64,000 nt of DNA from an uncultured delta proteobacterium (GTDB taxonomy: Bacteria; Desulfobacterota; Binatia; Binatales; Binataceae), in contig CAVRVY010000004.1 in the NCBI GenBank assembly GCA_963724765.1, forward strand, positions 1,056,001 through 1,120,000, given 5' to 3'. Both the position numbers and the translations under genes were made by a program. Below the pieces are notes generated by a model. It worked only from the letters and a program-made list of their open reading frames with translations, had not been told where the DNA came from and ran no database searches. Shown here piece after piece: positions 50,180-61,196 of this stretch. Position 1 is the first letter of the stretch, and each line of letters opens with the position of its first letter.

Positions 50180-51363
50180 AAATTTTCAGGCGGCGCGAAA
50201 ATCACGCGCTCCGTGTGGCGCGCGATCATCAAGTCCTCATTGGTCGGAATGACGCGCACCGTGCACAGACTGGCCGGCGCACTGATCGGATTCGCGCATG
50301 CGTCGTTGCGCTGCGGGTCCAGTTTGATCCCCATGTACTCAAGGCCGCGGCACACCTCGAGCCTGACAGGGGCGGCCCGCTCTCCGATACCGCCGGTAAA
50401 AACCAGCAGATCGAGGCCTCCGAGCACGGCCGCCAGCGCTCCGATTTGCTTGCGCACCTGGTAGCAGAACATCTCGATCGCCAGCGCGGCAGCCGGCTCC
50501 GCCGCCCTTTTTTCCAGCAGCATTTTCACGTCGGAGCTGATTGCCGAGACACCAAGCAGGCCCGACTCGTGATTGACGAGCCGCTCCAGGCGCCGGCCGT
50601 CATAGCCCTTCGCGTTGATGAGATAAACCATCAGCCCTGGATCCAGGTCGCCGCTTCGCGTGCCCATCATGAAGCCGCCGGTCGGCGTGAAGCCCATCGT
50701 GGTATCCACCGCGCGCCGCTCGCGCACGGCCGCCATGCTGGCGCCGTTTCCAAGGTGCGCGATTACGATGCGCGCGGGAGCCGCGGGGCCGAGCGCCTCC
50801 ATGATGTATTCGTAGGAGATCCCATGAAACCCGTAGCGCCAGATCCCCTCGTCCCACAACGCGCGAGGTAGCGCAAAACGACGCGCCACCTCGGGCATCT
50901 GCCGATGGAAGCCGGTATCGAAGCACGCCACCTGCGGGCGGCCTGGAAACCGCGAGGCCACGGTCTCGATTCCTTCGATCTCAGCCGGAAGATGGAGCGG
51001 CGCAAAGGGAATCAGGACTCGTAATGCGTCGATGAGCGCCGGCGTGACGCGCTCGGGAGTGAAGTGGTGCGGACCGCCATGGACCAGGCGATGGCCGATG
51101 GCGTCGGGCCGCGGCAGCCGCAGCCGATCCATCTCGTCGAAAAGCGCACCGGGGGCATCCGCCGATCGCGGGAAGCTCCGCGCGGCATCGCTGAGCGTTG
51201 TGCCCTGGCGATCGCGGATCCAAAGCCGCCCGCTGCCGAGTCCTATCCCTTCCGCCTCCCCTTCGGCGAGCAGTTCCTCTCCGTTCGTGGCAAGCCGATG
51301 GAGCGCAAACTTGTCGGAGGAAGATCCGCTGTTGAAGGAAAGTATGACGTGCGAAGCATCCAC
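50155..51363 (-). CDS. ackA: acetate/propionate kinase
   Basis: FNSGSSS.K, GHRLVHGG, APLH.P, FDTGFH, RYGFHGISY, AHLGNGAS, FTGGIGE, IPTNEDLMIA. Confidence 0.93.
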   Translation of the reverse strand: MDASHVILSFNSGSSSDKFALHRLATNGEELLAEGEAEGIGLGSGRLWIRDRQGTTLSDAARSFPRSADAPGALFDEMDRLRLPRPDAIGHRLVHGGPHHFTPERVTPALIDALRVLIPFAPLHLPAEIEGIETVASRFPGRPQVACFDTGFHRQMPEVARRFALPRALWDEGIWRYGFHGISYEYIMEALGPAAPARIVIAHLGNGASMAAVRERRAVDTTMGFTPTGGFMMGTRSGDLDPGLMVYLINAKGYDGRRLERLVNHESGLLGVSAISSDVKMLLEKRAAEPAAALAIEMFCYQVRKQIGALAAVLGGLDLLVFTGGIGERAAPVRLEVCRGLEYMGIKLDPQRNDACANPISAPASLCTVRVIPTNEDLMIARHTERVIFAPPENFFSVDSKS

Positions 51364-51459
51364 CGCGCGTAATGCCTCCGATGCGTCCCGGGCGCTATGG
51401 GCGCTGTTCGACGTTGACTTGCGCTGCCTTGCAAATTTCCCGCAAATTTTCCGCGAAGC

Positions 51460-53827
51460 TCAATGCGGCCATTTCCAGTTGCGAATCTCGGGCTGGTCGA
51501 TGCCGTTGGCCAGGGCGTAGTCGAGGTTCTCGCAAATCTGGTCCTTCAGCCAGTCTTTGACGTGAGCGCCAGTGACCCGCAGCCGGGCGACGCGATCGAT
51601 CGCGTCGATGGCAAGGTTGAAGCGGTCGGTCTGGTTTTCGATTGCGAGTTGGAGCGGAGTGTTGATGCTCCCGAACTCCTTGTAGCCGCGCACGTGCAGA
51701 TTGACGTGATTCGCTCTGCGGTAGGCGAGCTTGTGAATCAGCGACGCGTATCCGTGAAAATTGAAGATGACCGGCTTGTCGATCGTGAACAGGCTGTCGA
51801 AGTCGCGGTCGGTAAGACCGTGCGGATGTTCGCTGCTCGGTTAAAGCTTGAACAGGTCCACGACATTGACGAAGCGGATTTTCAGGTCGGCGATTTTCTC
51901 CCGCAATATCGCCACCGCCGCGAGCGCCTCGATCGTCGCCACGTCGCCCGCGCTTGCGATCACCACGTCGGGCTCGGCGCCCTGGTCGTTGCTGGCCCAT
52001 GACCATAGTCCGATACCTTTGCTGCAATGTTTGATCGCGGAATCCATATCGAGAAACTGCGGATGCGCCTGCTTGTCGGCGACGATGATGTTGATGTAGT
52101 CGGTGCTGCGCAGGCAGTGATCCGCGACGCTCAAAAGGCAGTTGGCGTCGGGCGGCAGATAGATCCGCGTCACCCGAGGGCTCTTGTTGGTGACCACGTC
52201 GATGAATCCCGGGTCCTGATGCGTGAAGCCGTTATGATCCTGACGCCACACGGTGGAACTGATCAGGATATTGAGCGAGGAAACCGGCGCCCGCCATAAA
52301 ACTTCGTTTTTCGCCTTCTCCAGCCATTTGGCGTGCTGGTTCACCATCGAGTCGACGATGTGGGCGAAGGCCTCGTAGGTATTGAAGAGGACGTGGCGGC
52401 CGGTCAGCACGTAGCCTTCCATCCAGCCCTCCAGCGTGTGCTCGCTCAGCATCTCCATGACCCGGCCGTCGGGAGAGAGTTCGCCGCCGTCGGCGTCCTC
52501 GGGTTTCCTTTCGGCGAGCCAGGTTTTGCGAGAGGCCTCGTAGATCGCCTGCAACCGGTTAGACGCGGTCTCGTCGGGGCCGAAGACGCGAAAATTGTCC
52601 ATGTTGTCGCGCATCACGTCGCGCAAAAACTGGCCAAGCACGTAAGTGTTTTCGGCCGCTGATTGTCCGGGCCGCGCGACTTCGAGCCGGTAATCGCGAA
52701 AATCCGGCAAGCGCAACGGGCGGCGCAGCAAGCCGCCGTTGGCGTGCGGATTGGCACTGATGCGGCGGCTTCCGGCCGGCGCGAGGGCGCGCAGTTCGGG
52801 AATCAGCCGGCCCTTCGCGTCGAAAAGATCGTGTGGCCGGTAGCTCAGCATCCATTCCTCGAGCAGTTTAAGATGCGCGGGATTTGCAACGACGTCGGGT
52901 TATCGGCACCTGATGCGCCCGCCAGGAGCCCTCGAGCTTATGGCCGTCGAACTCTTTGGGCGCGGTCCAGCCCTTCGGGGTGCGCAGTATTATCATCGGC
53001 CAACGCGGCCGGCGCGGCACCCCGGTGCGTCGCGTCTCTTCCTGGATCGCGCGAATTTCAGCGAGACAGCGTTCCAGCGTGGACGCCATCTGTTGATGCA
53101 TCGTCGGCGGATCGTCGCCCTCGACCACGTAAGGCTTGTAGCCGTAGCCGACAAAAAGATTCTCGAGCTCGTCGGCCGGGATGCGGGCGAGGATTGTAGG
53201 GTTCGCGATCTTGTAGCCGTTGAGGTGCAGAATCGGCAGCACGGCGCCGTCGCGGATCGGATTGAGGAATTTGTTCGAGTGCCACGAGGTCGCCAGCGGG
53301 CCGGTCTCCGCCTCGCCGTCGCCCACCACCGCGGCCACGATCAGATTGGGATTGTCGAACGCGGCGCCGAAAGCGTGAGACAGGCTATAGCCGAGTTCCC
53401 CGCCCTCATGAATCGACCCCGGCGTCTCCGGGGTGCAATGACTGCCGATTCCTCCGGGAAACGAGAAGAGCCTGAAGAACGTTTTCAATCCCTCCTCGTC
53501 CTGGCTGCGATCGGGATAGACCTCCGTATAGGTTCCTTCGAGATAGCTGTTGGCGAGCATCGCAGGCGCGCCATGGCCGGGGCCTGAGATATAGAGCACG
53601 TTGAGGTCATACTCGCGGATGAGCCGGTTGAGGTGCACCCAGATGAAACTCTGGCCGGGGTCTGAGCCCCAATGACCGAGCAGGCGATGCTTGACGTGGT
53701 CGGGCCGCAGAGGCTCCTTCAGCAGCGGATTGTCGCGCAGGTAGAGCATCCCCACGGCCAGGTAGTTGCAGGCCCGCCAATACGCGTCGATCAGTTCTAT
53801 TTGCCTGGTCGAGAGACTAACGGACAT
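51460..53827 (-). pseudogene. xfp: xylulose-5-phosphate/fructose-6-phosphate phosphoketolase, interrupted
   Basis: [48 protein letters not shown]; an extra base in the GGG at 52897-52899 shifts [15 protein letters not shown]; in-frame TAA at 51841-51843 (LFKL*PSSEHPHG). Confidence 0.9.
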
Positions 53828-54164
53828 GAACGATGCTCCGGCGCATTCTGGCGGTCGCGAATGCGGGATTTCTGTATATTCAGCTTCGCCCAATCGTGCA
53901 GGGCGGGCAATACAGCACGGCGCCAACGCTCCGTAGGCGCCGGCAGGAAGAACAAAAAAGACCAGAATAAATAAAGCCTTGCGAAATCTGTCAGTGAGAA
54001 CTACGCAATTTGACCATTTGCAGATATAAATGCATTTGTATGACGCTGACAGTACGCGGCCATGACAGAGCGGTGAAAAAAGTGTCGTGTCGGGGCCTGC
54101 GGTGGAGGCTTGCCGAATCCCCTCCGACGCGTAAGCCGGGGTCTAACGACATGGTTCCGCATCC

Positions 54165-57100
54165 GTGATCGACAAGCTCAAGGCTGGCGCGCAGCGCACC
54201 TGGGCGCAGACGCTTGGCCGCGGCGGTTTCGGCGGCCGGCGTTGGATGCGCCGGACCTGCATCACCATTATCGTCGTGGTGGTGCTTTTCGGCCTCGTGG
54301 GCTTTGTCGGCGTGCCGCTGGTCGCGCAATACGTCGTGGCCGGCCGCCTGGCCGCCAGTCTCCATCGCCCCGTCAGCATGAAAAGGGTTCGCTTCAATCC
54401 TTACAGGCTGCGGCTCAGTATAAAAAACCTGCATATAGGAGATCGGGCCGCATCCGACCCCTTCGTCGACATCGGGCACATCCTGGTCAAGGTTTCGTGG
54501 ACCTCGCTGTTCCGGCTGGCGCCGGTGGTCGGTGAAGTGGCAGTCGATCGTCCTGCGATTCATATCGTTCGCACCGCCGAGCAGCGTTTCAACTTCTCCG
54601 ACCTGCTAGAGAGTTCGCCGACGCCCACGCCCAGCACACCCGCCAAGCCGCAGCGCTTCGCGGTATCCAACATTCAGATTCACGAGGGTCAGGTACACTT
54701 CGACGACAAGGTGCTGAACGAGCAGCATACGCTCGAACACCTCGAGCTCGACGTCCCTTTCATCGCCAACCTGCCGGCGGACGTGAACATCTTCGTGCAG
54801 CCGCTGCTCCAGATGGTGGTCGATGGGAGCCCGCTGCGCATCGCCGGCAAGGCCAAGCCGTTCGCCGTCCCACCGGAGTCCGTGATCGATCTCAACCTTC
54901 ATCGGCTGAGTCTCCCGCTCTATGTCGGCTACGCGCCCGAGAAGCTGCCGTTGAAGATTCCGCAGGGGACGCTTTCCTCCCAGTTGCAGGTGCATTTCGT
55001 CAACGCGGCGAGCGCTCCAAAGATCCGAGTGGGCGGAGAGTTGGCGCTCGACCAGCTTGACGTGCGCGACGCGGCCAATGCGCCGCTGGCCGGATTCAAA
55101 CATATGTCGGTGGTGCTGAAGGAAATCGAGCCGCTGGAGAGCATCACGCACCTGGGCAAAATATATCTCGACGGCCTGACGGTTCACGTGGTGCGCAACC
55201 CGGACGGCACGATCAACCTGGCCTCGCTGGCGGCAAGCAAACCCGCTCCCGCCGCGGCTGCCGCCCGGGCGACGCCGGGCCCGGCCGCGGCGAGCCTTGC
55301 GGCCGCGAAGCCGTCCGCGACGCTCAATCCCACGGCCGCGAAAATGGCCGCCGCGGCAACAACTCCGGCCGCCAGCCCGACGCCCGCGGCGAACATCGCG
55401 CAGCTAACCGCGAACGCTCCCCCCGCGGCCGCGCAGAGGCCGCAACCGGCGGCCACGGCCAAGCCGTCCGCTCACGCCGATTTTTCGATGGACGTGCTGG
55501 AGCTGACCAACGGCGCGGTGGAGATTACCGACAACAGCGCTGCGCCGCCGGCGGCGCTCGCGCTGCGCGGCCTGCACGTCGGGCTGAAGGACCTGCGGAC
55601 GGTCGGCCAGAAGGCGCCGGCGCCTTTTGAGCTGGGCACGACGCTTGGCGGCGGCGGCTCGATCGCGGTCAAGGGAGCGCTCGACCTCGCGCATTCGCAG
55701 GCGACTACGGATATCACGCTCGACGCGATCGACATCCCGGCGCTACAGGGATTCGCCGAGCCGTTTATGGCGGCCACCGTCGCCTCCGGCAAGCTGACCG
55801 CGCATGCCAATGTCCAGACCCTCTTCGCCACCGGACGGTTCAACATACATGCGGCGCCCGCGAGCATCTCATTCGACAAGTTCGAGTTGCGCGCGCAGCA
55901 CGAGAGCGTAAATCCGATCGGATGGAACAAGCTGAGCGCGTCGATTGGACAGGTCGATCTCGCTACGCATCAGGCGACGGTCACCGAAGTGCGCTCCGAC
56001 GGACTGCATGTGTTCGTCCGGCGCGAGCGCAACGGCCAGTTGAGCCTCGCCTCGCTGATGCGCAGGGCCGCCTCGCCTGAGGCGGCGCCGGCCGCCGTCG
56101 CGCCCCCCGCGCGCGGACGCGCCGCGGCGCGACAGCAGCAGAAAACAACGGCCGAGAAAAAGCCGGCAACGCGCGAGCAGCGCGCGGCCGCGGCGCGCGA
56201 GCGCCGCAGGACCGGCCGGAGTAGTAAGACCGCTGCGCGCGCTCCCGCAGCCGCGCCGACACCATCGCCCGGTCAATGGCGCTACCAGGTCGCCTCCGTA
56301 GCGATCGAAAAAACTGAAATCCGGGTCGAGGACGACATGATGCCGCGGAAGGTCGCGATGGCCGTTGTGCCGCTCAACCTTCATCTGAAAAACGTGTCGA
56401 ACGATCTCGCCAAACCGATCACGGTCGACCTCGACGGCATCCTCAACCGCAAGGGCAGCTTCAAGGTGACGGGCACGGCCGCGCCAACGCCGCTCAAACT
56501 GAATCTTCGTGTCGTCACCCGCCGCCTCGATCTCGCGCCGTTCGATCCCTACTTCACCAGCCATCTCAACACCAAGATCGCCAGCGCCGCCCTGACCATG
56601 AACGGCGCGGTCGGGGTATCCAACGAACGCAAGGTGATGCGCGTGAGCTACCGCGGCGATGCCGCACTCGGCAGCGTCAAGATGCTCGACAAGGTGACCA
56701 ACGACAGCTTTTTGCGTTGGAACTCGTTCAGTGCGAACGGAATCAATTTCAGCCTGGGCTCGGGCCCGCCAAAGGTCCATGTCGCGTCCCTCGATCTCGG
56801 CAACTTCTACGCGCGCGTCATTCTCAATGCCGACGGCCGCCTGAACCTGCGCGACGTTACGGCGAATCCGGAAGCGGCGCGGACCTCGCTCACGCGCGCG
56901 CATGGAGCGCCGGGCGCTACGGCGCCGGCGCCTGCGCTCGCACCAGCACCATCAGCGACACCCACGCCAAGTCCTTCATTAAGTCCGGCCACCGCGAGCA
57001 ACGAGGCGGGCGCAACCGCACCGACGGCTGGGGCAAGTCCGGCCGCAGCGCCGAGTCCGGCTCCGCTTCCGGCCGACCTCAGAATTGGGCGGATTACGCT

Positions 57101-58268
57101 TCACGGCGGACAGGTCAACTACACCGACAACTTCATCAAGCCCAACTATTCGGCCGACCTCAGCCAAATGAGTGGGAAGGTAGGAACGTTCGGCACCAGC
57201 TCGACGACACCGGCCGACGTCGAACTCGACGGACAGGTTAACGGCAACGCGCCGCTGACAATCAGCGGATCGGTCAATCCGCTCACCCCGTTGGCGTTCG
57301 TCGACATCAAGGCCAAGGCCGAGAACGTGGAGTTGACCGACCTCTCGGCCTACTCGACCAAATATACCGGCTACCCGATAACCAAGGGCACGCTGACGGT
57401 CGACGTGCATTACCTGCTCGACCAGCAAAAGCTCACCGCCGAGAACCACATCTTCATCGACCAACTGACCTTTGGCGACAAGGTGGAAAGTCCCAACGCG
57501 CTCAATCTGCCGATCCGCCTCGCGGTCGCGCTGCTCAAGAACTCCCAGGGCCAGATCGATCTGCATCTTCCGGTGTCCGGCTCGCTGTCCGATCCGCAAT
57601 TCAGCGTCGGCGGGATCGTGCTGCACGCGATCGTGGGCCTGATCATGCGGGCGGTGACTTCGCCCTTCAGCCTGATCGCGGCGGCCGTCGGCGGCAGCAG
57701 CGGGAACGGCGAGGATCTGAACTACGTCGTGTTCTCACCCGGCTGGGCAAGCATAACCCCGGCCGCCAGGAGCAAGCTCGACACGGTCGCCAAGGCCTTG
57801 CAAGCCCGGCCCGCGCTGACGCTTGACATCTGCGGACGGGTCGATCCGAAGTTCGATCGCGCGGGCCTGCCTGAGGCGCTGGTCGCGCAAAGCGTCGCCA
57901 AGCAGAAGTTGCTGGACAACGACCAGAATCCGGCCGAGGTGGACCTGGAGACCGTCCAGATCACGCCGGATGAGTACAACAAGTACTTAAAGCGCGCCTA
58001 CAAGGCGGCGAACTTCGACAAGCCTCGCGATCTCCTCGGGCTTAACAAATCGCTACCGCCCGACGAGATGAAAAAACTGATGATCGCCAACACCAAGGTC
58101 ACCGACGCCGACCTCAAGCAGCTTGCCGAAGCTCGCGCCAAGGCGGTTCGCAAGGCGCTCAGCGCGAAGATCGCACCGGCGCGGCTGGTCGTGGCCGCGC
58201 CCAAGCTCAACGCCGACGGCATCAAGGATAGCGGCAAGACCACGCGCGCCGATCTTTCACTCCAGTGA
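54165..58268 (+). CDS. DUF748 domain-containing (AsmA-like) envelope protein
   Basis: N-terminal TM, VRFNPY.L, FNFSDLL, YSTKYTGY.I.KG.L, LPIRLAVALLKNSQGQIDL.LPVSGSLSDPQFS, OmpA-like tail; three Ala/Pro-rich linkers. Confidence 0.88.
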   Translation: MIDKLKAGAQRTWAQTLGRGGFGGRRWMRRTCITIIVVVVLFGLVGFVGVPLVAQYVVAGRLAASLHRPVSMKRVRFNPYRLRLSIKNLHIGDRAASDPFVDIGHILVKVSWTSLFRLAPVVGEVAVDRPAIHIVRTAEQRFNFSDLLESSPTPTPSTPAKPQRFAVSNIQIHEGQVHFDDKVLNEQHTLEHLELDVPFIANLPADVNIFVQPLLQMVVDGSPLRIAGKAKPFAVPPESVIDLNLHRLSLPLYVGYAPEKLPLKIPQGTLSSQLQVHFVNAASAPKIRVGGELALDQLDVRDAANAPLAGFKHMSVVLKEIEPLESITHLGKIYLDGLTVHVVRNPDGTINLASLAASKPAPAAAAARATPGPAAASLAAAKPSATLNPTAAKMAAAATTPAASPTPAANIAQLTANAPPAAAQRPQPAATAKPSAHADFSMDVLELTNGAVEITDNSAAPPAALALRGLHVGLKDLRTVGQKAPAPFELGTTLGGGGSIAVKGALDLAHSQATTDITLDAIDIPALQGFAEPFMAATVASGKLTAHANVQTLFATGRFNIHAAPASISFDKFELRAQHESVNPIGWNKLSASIGQVDLATHQATVTEVRSDGLHVFVRRERNGQLSLASLMRRAASPEAAPAAVAPPARGRAAARQQQKTTAEKKPATREQRAAAARERRRTGRSSKTAARAPAAAPTPSPGQWRYQVASVAIEKTEIRVEDDMMPRKVAMAVVPLNLHLKNVSNDLAKPITVDLDGILNRKGSFKVTGTAAPTPLKLNLRVVTRRLDLAPFDPYFTSHLNTKIASAALTMNGAVGVSNERKVMRVSYRGDAALGSVKMLDKVTNDSFLRWNSFSANGINFSLGSGPPKVHVASLDLGNFYARVILNADGRLNLRDVTANPEAARTSLTRAHGAPGATAPAPALAPAPSATPTPSPSLSPATASNEAGATAPTAGASPAAAPSPAPLPADLRIGRITLHGGQVNYTDNFIKPNYSADLSQMSGKVGTFGTSSTTPADVELDGQVNGNAPLTISGSVNPLTPLAFVDIKAKAENVELTDLSAYSTKYTGYPITKGTLTVDVHYLLDQQKLTAENHIFIDQLTFGDKVESPNALNLPIRLAVALLKNSQGQIDLHLPVSGSLSDPQFSVGGIVLHAIVGLIMRAVTSPFSLIAAAVGGSSGNGEDLNYVVFSPGWASITPAARSKLDTVAKALQARPALTLDICGRVDPKFDRAGLPEALVAQSVAKQKLLDNDQNPAEVDLETVQITPDEYNKYLKRAYKAANFDKPRDLLGLNKSLPPDEMKKLMIANTKVTDADLKQLAEARAKAVRKALSAKIAPARLVVAAPKLNADGIKDSGKTTRADLSLQ

Positions 58269-58360
58269 GCGAGCGAAACACATCGCAACGTGGCGGCATA
58301 GATTGCGGGACTATAGCCGGATGGCGATCTGAATAACGAGAGCGATTGAACTGCGGCGCA

Positions 58361-58744
58361 TCACCCGCTGTTCGTTTCAGCCTGTGCGGTTGGACTTTTC
58401 ATTCCCGTACGGGCGACCAGAGCGCAGATGAGGGCAACGACACCGGCGATAGCGAAACACTCCCACCATTGCAGCCATATATGGAGCAACAGGATAAGAG
58501 CCGCCAATAAACAGGCGCCCGCGATAACTCCCGCGCAGACCATCACCAGCCCAGCGATCGCGCGGTCGGCCATCGCCACCAGGGCCGGAGCAATCCTGGC
58601 CTCCACTAGCTGGAGTTCCAGTTGTATGACGCGCGAGAGGTCCTCAAGCATCCGTCCCAGCAGCGTCGTCCATTCCGCCGCCGTAGCGGAGCCATTAGCG
58701 GCCGTACTACGTTGATATTGTCGTGTCGCGGTTCCGGGATCCAT
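58361..58744 (-). CDS. phage holin-like/YqjE-YhjD family membrane protein
   Basis: LEDLSRVIQLELQLVEA followed by two TM helices; last gene of the small-protein operon. Confidence 0.7.
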   Translation of the reverse strand: MDPGTATRQYQRSTAANGSATAAEWTTLLGRMLEDLSRVIQLELQLVEARIAPALVAMADRAIAGLVMVCAGVIAGACLLAALILLLHIWLQWWECFAIAGVVALICALVARTGMKSPTAQAETNSG

Positions 58745-59006
58745 CGTTCCATACCTCACTCAGCGCCGCTCCGAGCAGTCCGCCCAGGATCAGGATTGTC
58801 AGCGGTCCATTGCCGCGATTGCCCGCCGCGAAACCGAGCGCGCCGGCGATGCATGTCGACAACAATGGGTGGCACTCCACCAGATACACTGGCTGAAGCT
58901 GCGTACTGACGGTTTCAACCTTCCGATTGACCTCAGTTACGGTTTGATGGAGATTTTGCCGCGCCTCTTCCAGTTCGTCTTTGATCCGATCGATGTTGTC
59001 TTCCAT
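58707..59006 (-). CDS. DUF3618-like coiled-coil protein with C-terminal membrane anchor
   Basis: IDRIKDELEEARQNLHQTVTEV..K, HPLLS..IAGALGF. Confidence 0.65.
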   Translation of the reverse strand: MEDNIDRIKDELEEARQNLHQTVTEVNRKVETVSTQLQPVYLVECHPLLSTCIAGALGFAAGNRGNGPLTILILGGLLGAALSEVWNDGSRNRDTTIST

Positions 59007-59229
59007 TTTGTTCAGATAGAGCCTCGATCGCGTTCACTACCGCCGTACCGGCGAAACTCCGTCCGATAAACAGTCCCAGTGCGAGGCCCAGGCGGCTGCG
59101 TAATCCGCCGCCGAACAAAAACCCAGCCCCCGCAGAGAGCGTCAGGGCGCGCAACGGCCGCCGCCGGACGCTCGATGCCAGCCGCTCGAGTTCGCTCGAA
59201 GTGGGTTCCGATCTAGCTGTTGAACTCAT
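58933..59229 (-). CDS. hypothetical small membrane protein (YqjK-like position)
   Basis: VRRRPLRALTLSAGAGFLFGGGL; overlaps or abuts its operon neighbours. Confidence 0.6.
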   Translation of the reverse strand: MSSTARSEPTSSELERLASSVRRRPLRALTLSAGAGFLFGGGLRSRLGLALGLFIGRSFAGTAVVNAIEALSEQNGRQHRSDQRRTGRGAAKSPSNRN

Positions 59230-59245
59230 CTCGCATGGCCCGCGG

Positions 59246-59491
59246 CTATAAGGAAATCTGTCTTAGGGCTTTCGCCGCGACGTAACCGATTACAAATGCT
59301 CCCGCCAACGCGAGCCAGGGCTGGCGTTGAACGAACTCGGCCATGCCATCCGACACCTCGCCCGCGTAATCCATTCCTTTGGATACATACTCGCGTGCAT
59401 TCTCGTATCCCTCGCGCCCCATATCTTTGGCGGCGTCCATAGTATCGTTCATAGCTGAAGCGGCTTCCTTGGTTAGGTTGTCCTTGTCCAT
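59246..59491 (-). CDS. ElaB/YqjD/DUF883-like tail-anchored protein
   Basis: Charged helical N-terminus, then FVQRQPWLALAGAFVIGYV; GAGGAG RBS before ATG 59491. Confidence 0.78.
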   Translation of the reverse strand: MDKDNLTKEAASAMNDTMDAAKDMGREGYENAREYVSKGMDYAGEVSDGMAEFVQRQPWLALAGAFVIGYVAAKALRQISL

Positions 59492-59647
59492 TTTTGATCT
59501 TCTCCTCAACTTTCACGAAGGGTCGGATGCTTTTCGGCTGTCATCCACCCCGGTTTGCTGACTGTTTTGTGTTCGCACCACGAGTCGAGGCCACCGAAAT
59601 TCGTTCGCGTAGGCGGCTTCAAGCTCGCGCAGACGGCTTCAAGATGG

Positions 59648-59806
59648 TCAAACGGGCCTTCGCATTACCATGCTCACGATAAACAGGATGATGAAGATTA
59701 CGAAGAGGATTCTCGCCATATCCGACGCGGTTCCGGCGATGCCACCGAATCCGAGCACGCCAGCAACGATTGCAATCACGAGACAAACAATTGCCCAATA
59801 CAACAT
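59648..59806 (-). CDS. DUF1328 (UPF0391, YtjA-like) small membrane protein
   Basis: Missed by the track (52 aa): [52 protein letters not shown]; GGAGG RBS. Confidence 0.92.
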   Translation of the reverse strand: MLYWAIVCLVIAIVAGVLGFGGIAGTASDMARILFVIFIILFIVSMVMRRPV

Positions 59807-59925
59807 GTTTCTCTTTCCTCCAGCTTGTTGGCCTCAAGTGAGAAAAAGAGGCCATGCCGCCGCGAGTGAATCTCACTCGGCCGGCCGGGTTTATCCAGCC
59901 TGCTTGCGGGTACGCCTGACCGTGG

Positions 59926-59941
59926 AGCAAGGCATGTGCCG
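59926..59941 (-). promoter_or_regulatory. sigma54 (-24/-12) promoter
   Basis: Minus strand CGGCACATGCCTTGCT = GG-N10-GC, 120 nt upstream of the DUF1328 gene. Confidence 0.7.
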
Positions 59942-60255
59942 GTGCGGGATCTGAAGCTTAACTTCGCGGCAACCAGCTACCGAAACCAAACCAGCACAAG
60001 AGTTTTCTCGATGCTGGCAGGCGTTTTTGTCAACTGCTCGTCCGGGCCCCAGTGGAGTCCCTTTTTTGCCGGAGATGAACAAATTGCAAACCGTCCTTGC
60101 AACGCAATATCAGTTTTTCAGCGCTTTCCTGGATGGCCTTCGTCTTGCTGAGTTCTTTGGACATAGCGGCGTGGCCGCATACTAATTTCAGATCTCCCAG
60201 CTCTGGGGGATATGAAGCACGAGGCGAGATAATCGTTAGATTCGAAGGAGGTCGT

Positions 60256-60684
60256 ATGAAAAAAGCATTTGGGTTGAATTTTGCGTTGATGATTGTGGCG
60301 GCGCTGGTGCTGGGGATGGTTGTGATTGCCCCGGTTTTTGCACAGGAAGACAATGGATCCACCAGTCAATCGATGCATCGGGCGGGAGACTCTGCTGAAA
60401 ACGCGGCATCGGATACAGGCCAGGCGGTTAAGCACGCGTATCACGGTACGGTGACTGCGGTGTCGGATACCACGATCACCGCGAAGGTCAAAACTGCCTT
60501 GCATGAAAACAAGATCACCAAGGGCGCTGACATTCACGTCACGACGGTTGCAGGCGTCGTAACGCTCAAGGGCTCGGTGCCGGCCGCCGACACTTCGAAA
60601 ACCGCGCAAGATGTCGCGCGACAGACCAGTGGTGTCAAAGAGGTGAGGAACGAGTTGGTGATGGCGCCCACGGCAACGCGATAG
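60256..60684 (+). CDS. BON domain protein (OsmY-like)
   Basis: Signal peptide ending VFA; SDTTITAKVKTAL, IHVTTVAGVVTLKG, GVKEVRNEL; AAGGAGG RBS. Confidence 0.92.
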   Translation: MKKAFGLNFALMIVAALVLGMVVIAPVFAQEDNGSTSQSMHRAGDSAENAASDTGQAVKHAYHGTVTAVSDTTITAKVKTALHENKITKGADIHVTTVAGVVTLKGSVPAADTSKTAQDVARQTSGVKEVRNELVMAPTATR

Positions 60685-60716
60685 CGGAAGAGAAAAATCG
60701 CGATCTCATTTTGTCT

Positions 60717-60760
60717 TGGCGGGTATGAGCCTTGGTCGGCTCGTACCCGCCATTGTTTTT
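60717..60760 (+). terminator. rho-independent terminator
   Basis: 15-bp stem TGGCGGGTATGAGCC / GGCTCGTACCCGCCA (one G-U pair) followed by TTGTTTTT. Confidence 0.85.
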
Positions 60761-61137
60761 GTAATATTTAGCTTCAGCATTCCATTAACCTCAACATTCC
60801 ATCGAGTAGACGCCAAGCAGTAACAAGCCTCATCAGCAATTAACCATCGGCTGAAGATGCATCTGGGATCAGCAGGATGTGCAGGCAGACTTCACTAAAC
60901 GTCTAGAAAGCGACGTGAATGGCTTCCGCCACTGGAGGCGAAGTTCAGATATCGGCGCGCGAGATGTTCCACTTCGGCCGCAGAAATTACTGCGGCCGTG
61001 GCTTGGTTTATGCGCAAAGAGTCTGAGGATTTTCCGATCTGACTCGACGGGAAATTGTTACTCCAAGTACCAGTAACGTTTACCGAACAGTTCGTCACCA
61101 ATCACGGAAAACATTGGCGATTCCGTGCAATACGCAG

Positions 61138-61153
61138 CGGCATGAGCTTTGCC
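61138..61153 (+). promoter_or_regulatory. sigma54 (-24/-12) promoter
   Basis: CGGCATGAGCTTTGCC = GG-N10-GC, about 45 nt upstream of the wza start. Confidence 0.65.
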
Positions 61154-61196
61154 TTCCGTAAACCACGACCGCCGCGAATGGGACAAAAAGAGCGCC

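Noticed and set aside
58361-58744. Prophage inferred from the holin-like gene
   Set aside because: No phage genes nearby; this family is normally part of YqjE-type stress operons.
60760-61130. AT-rich gap as a possible sRNA or small ORFs
   Set aside because: No convincing structure or coding signal; most simply the regulatory region of the EPS locus.
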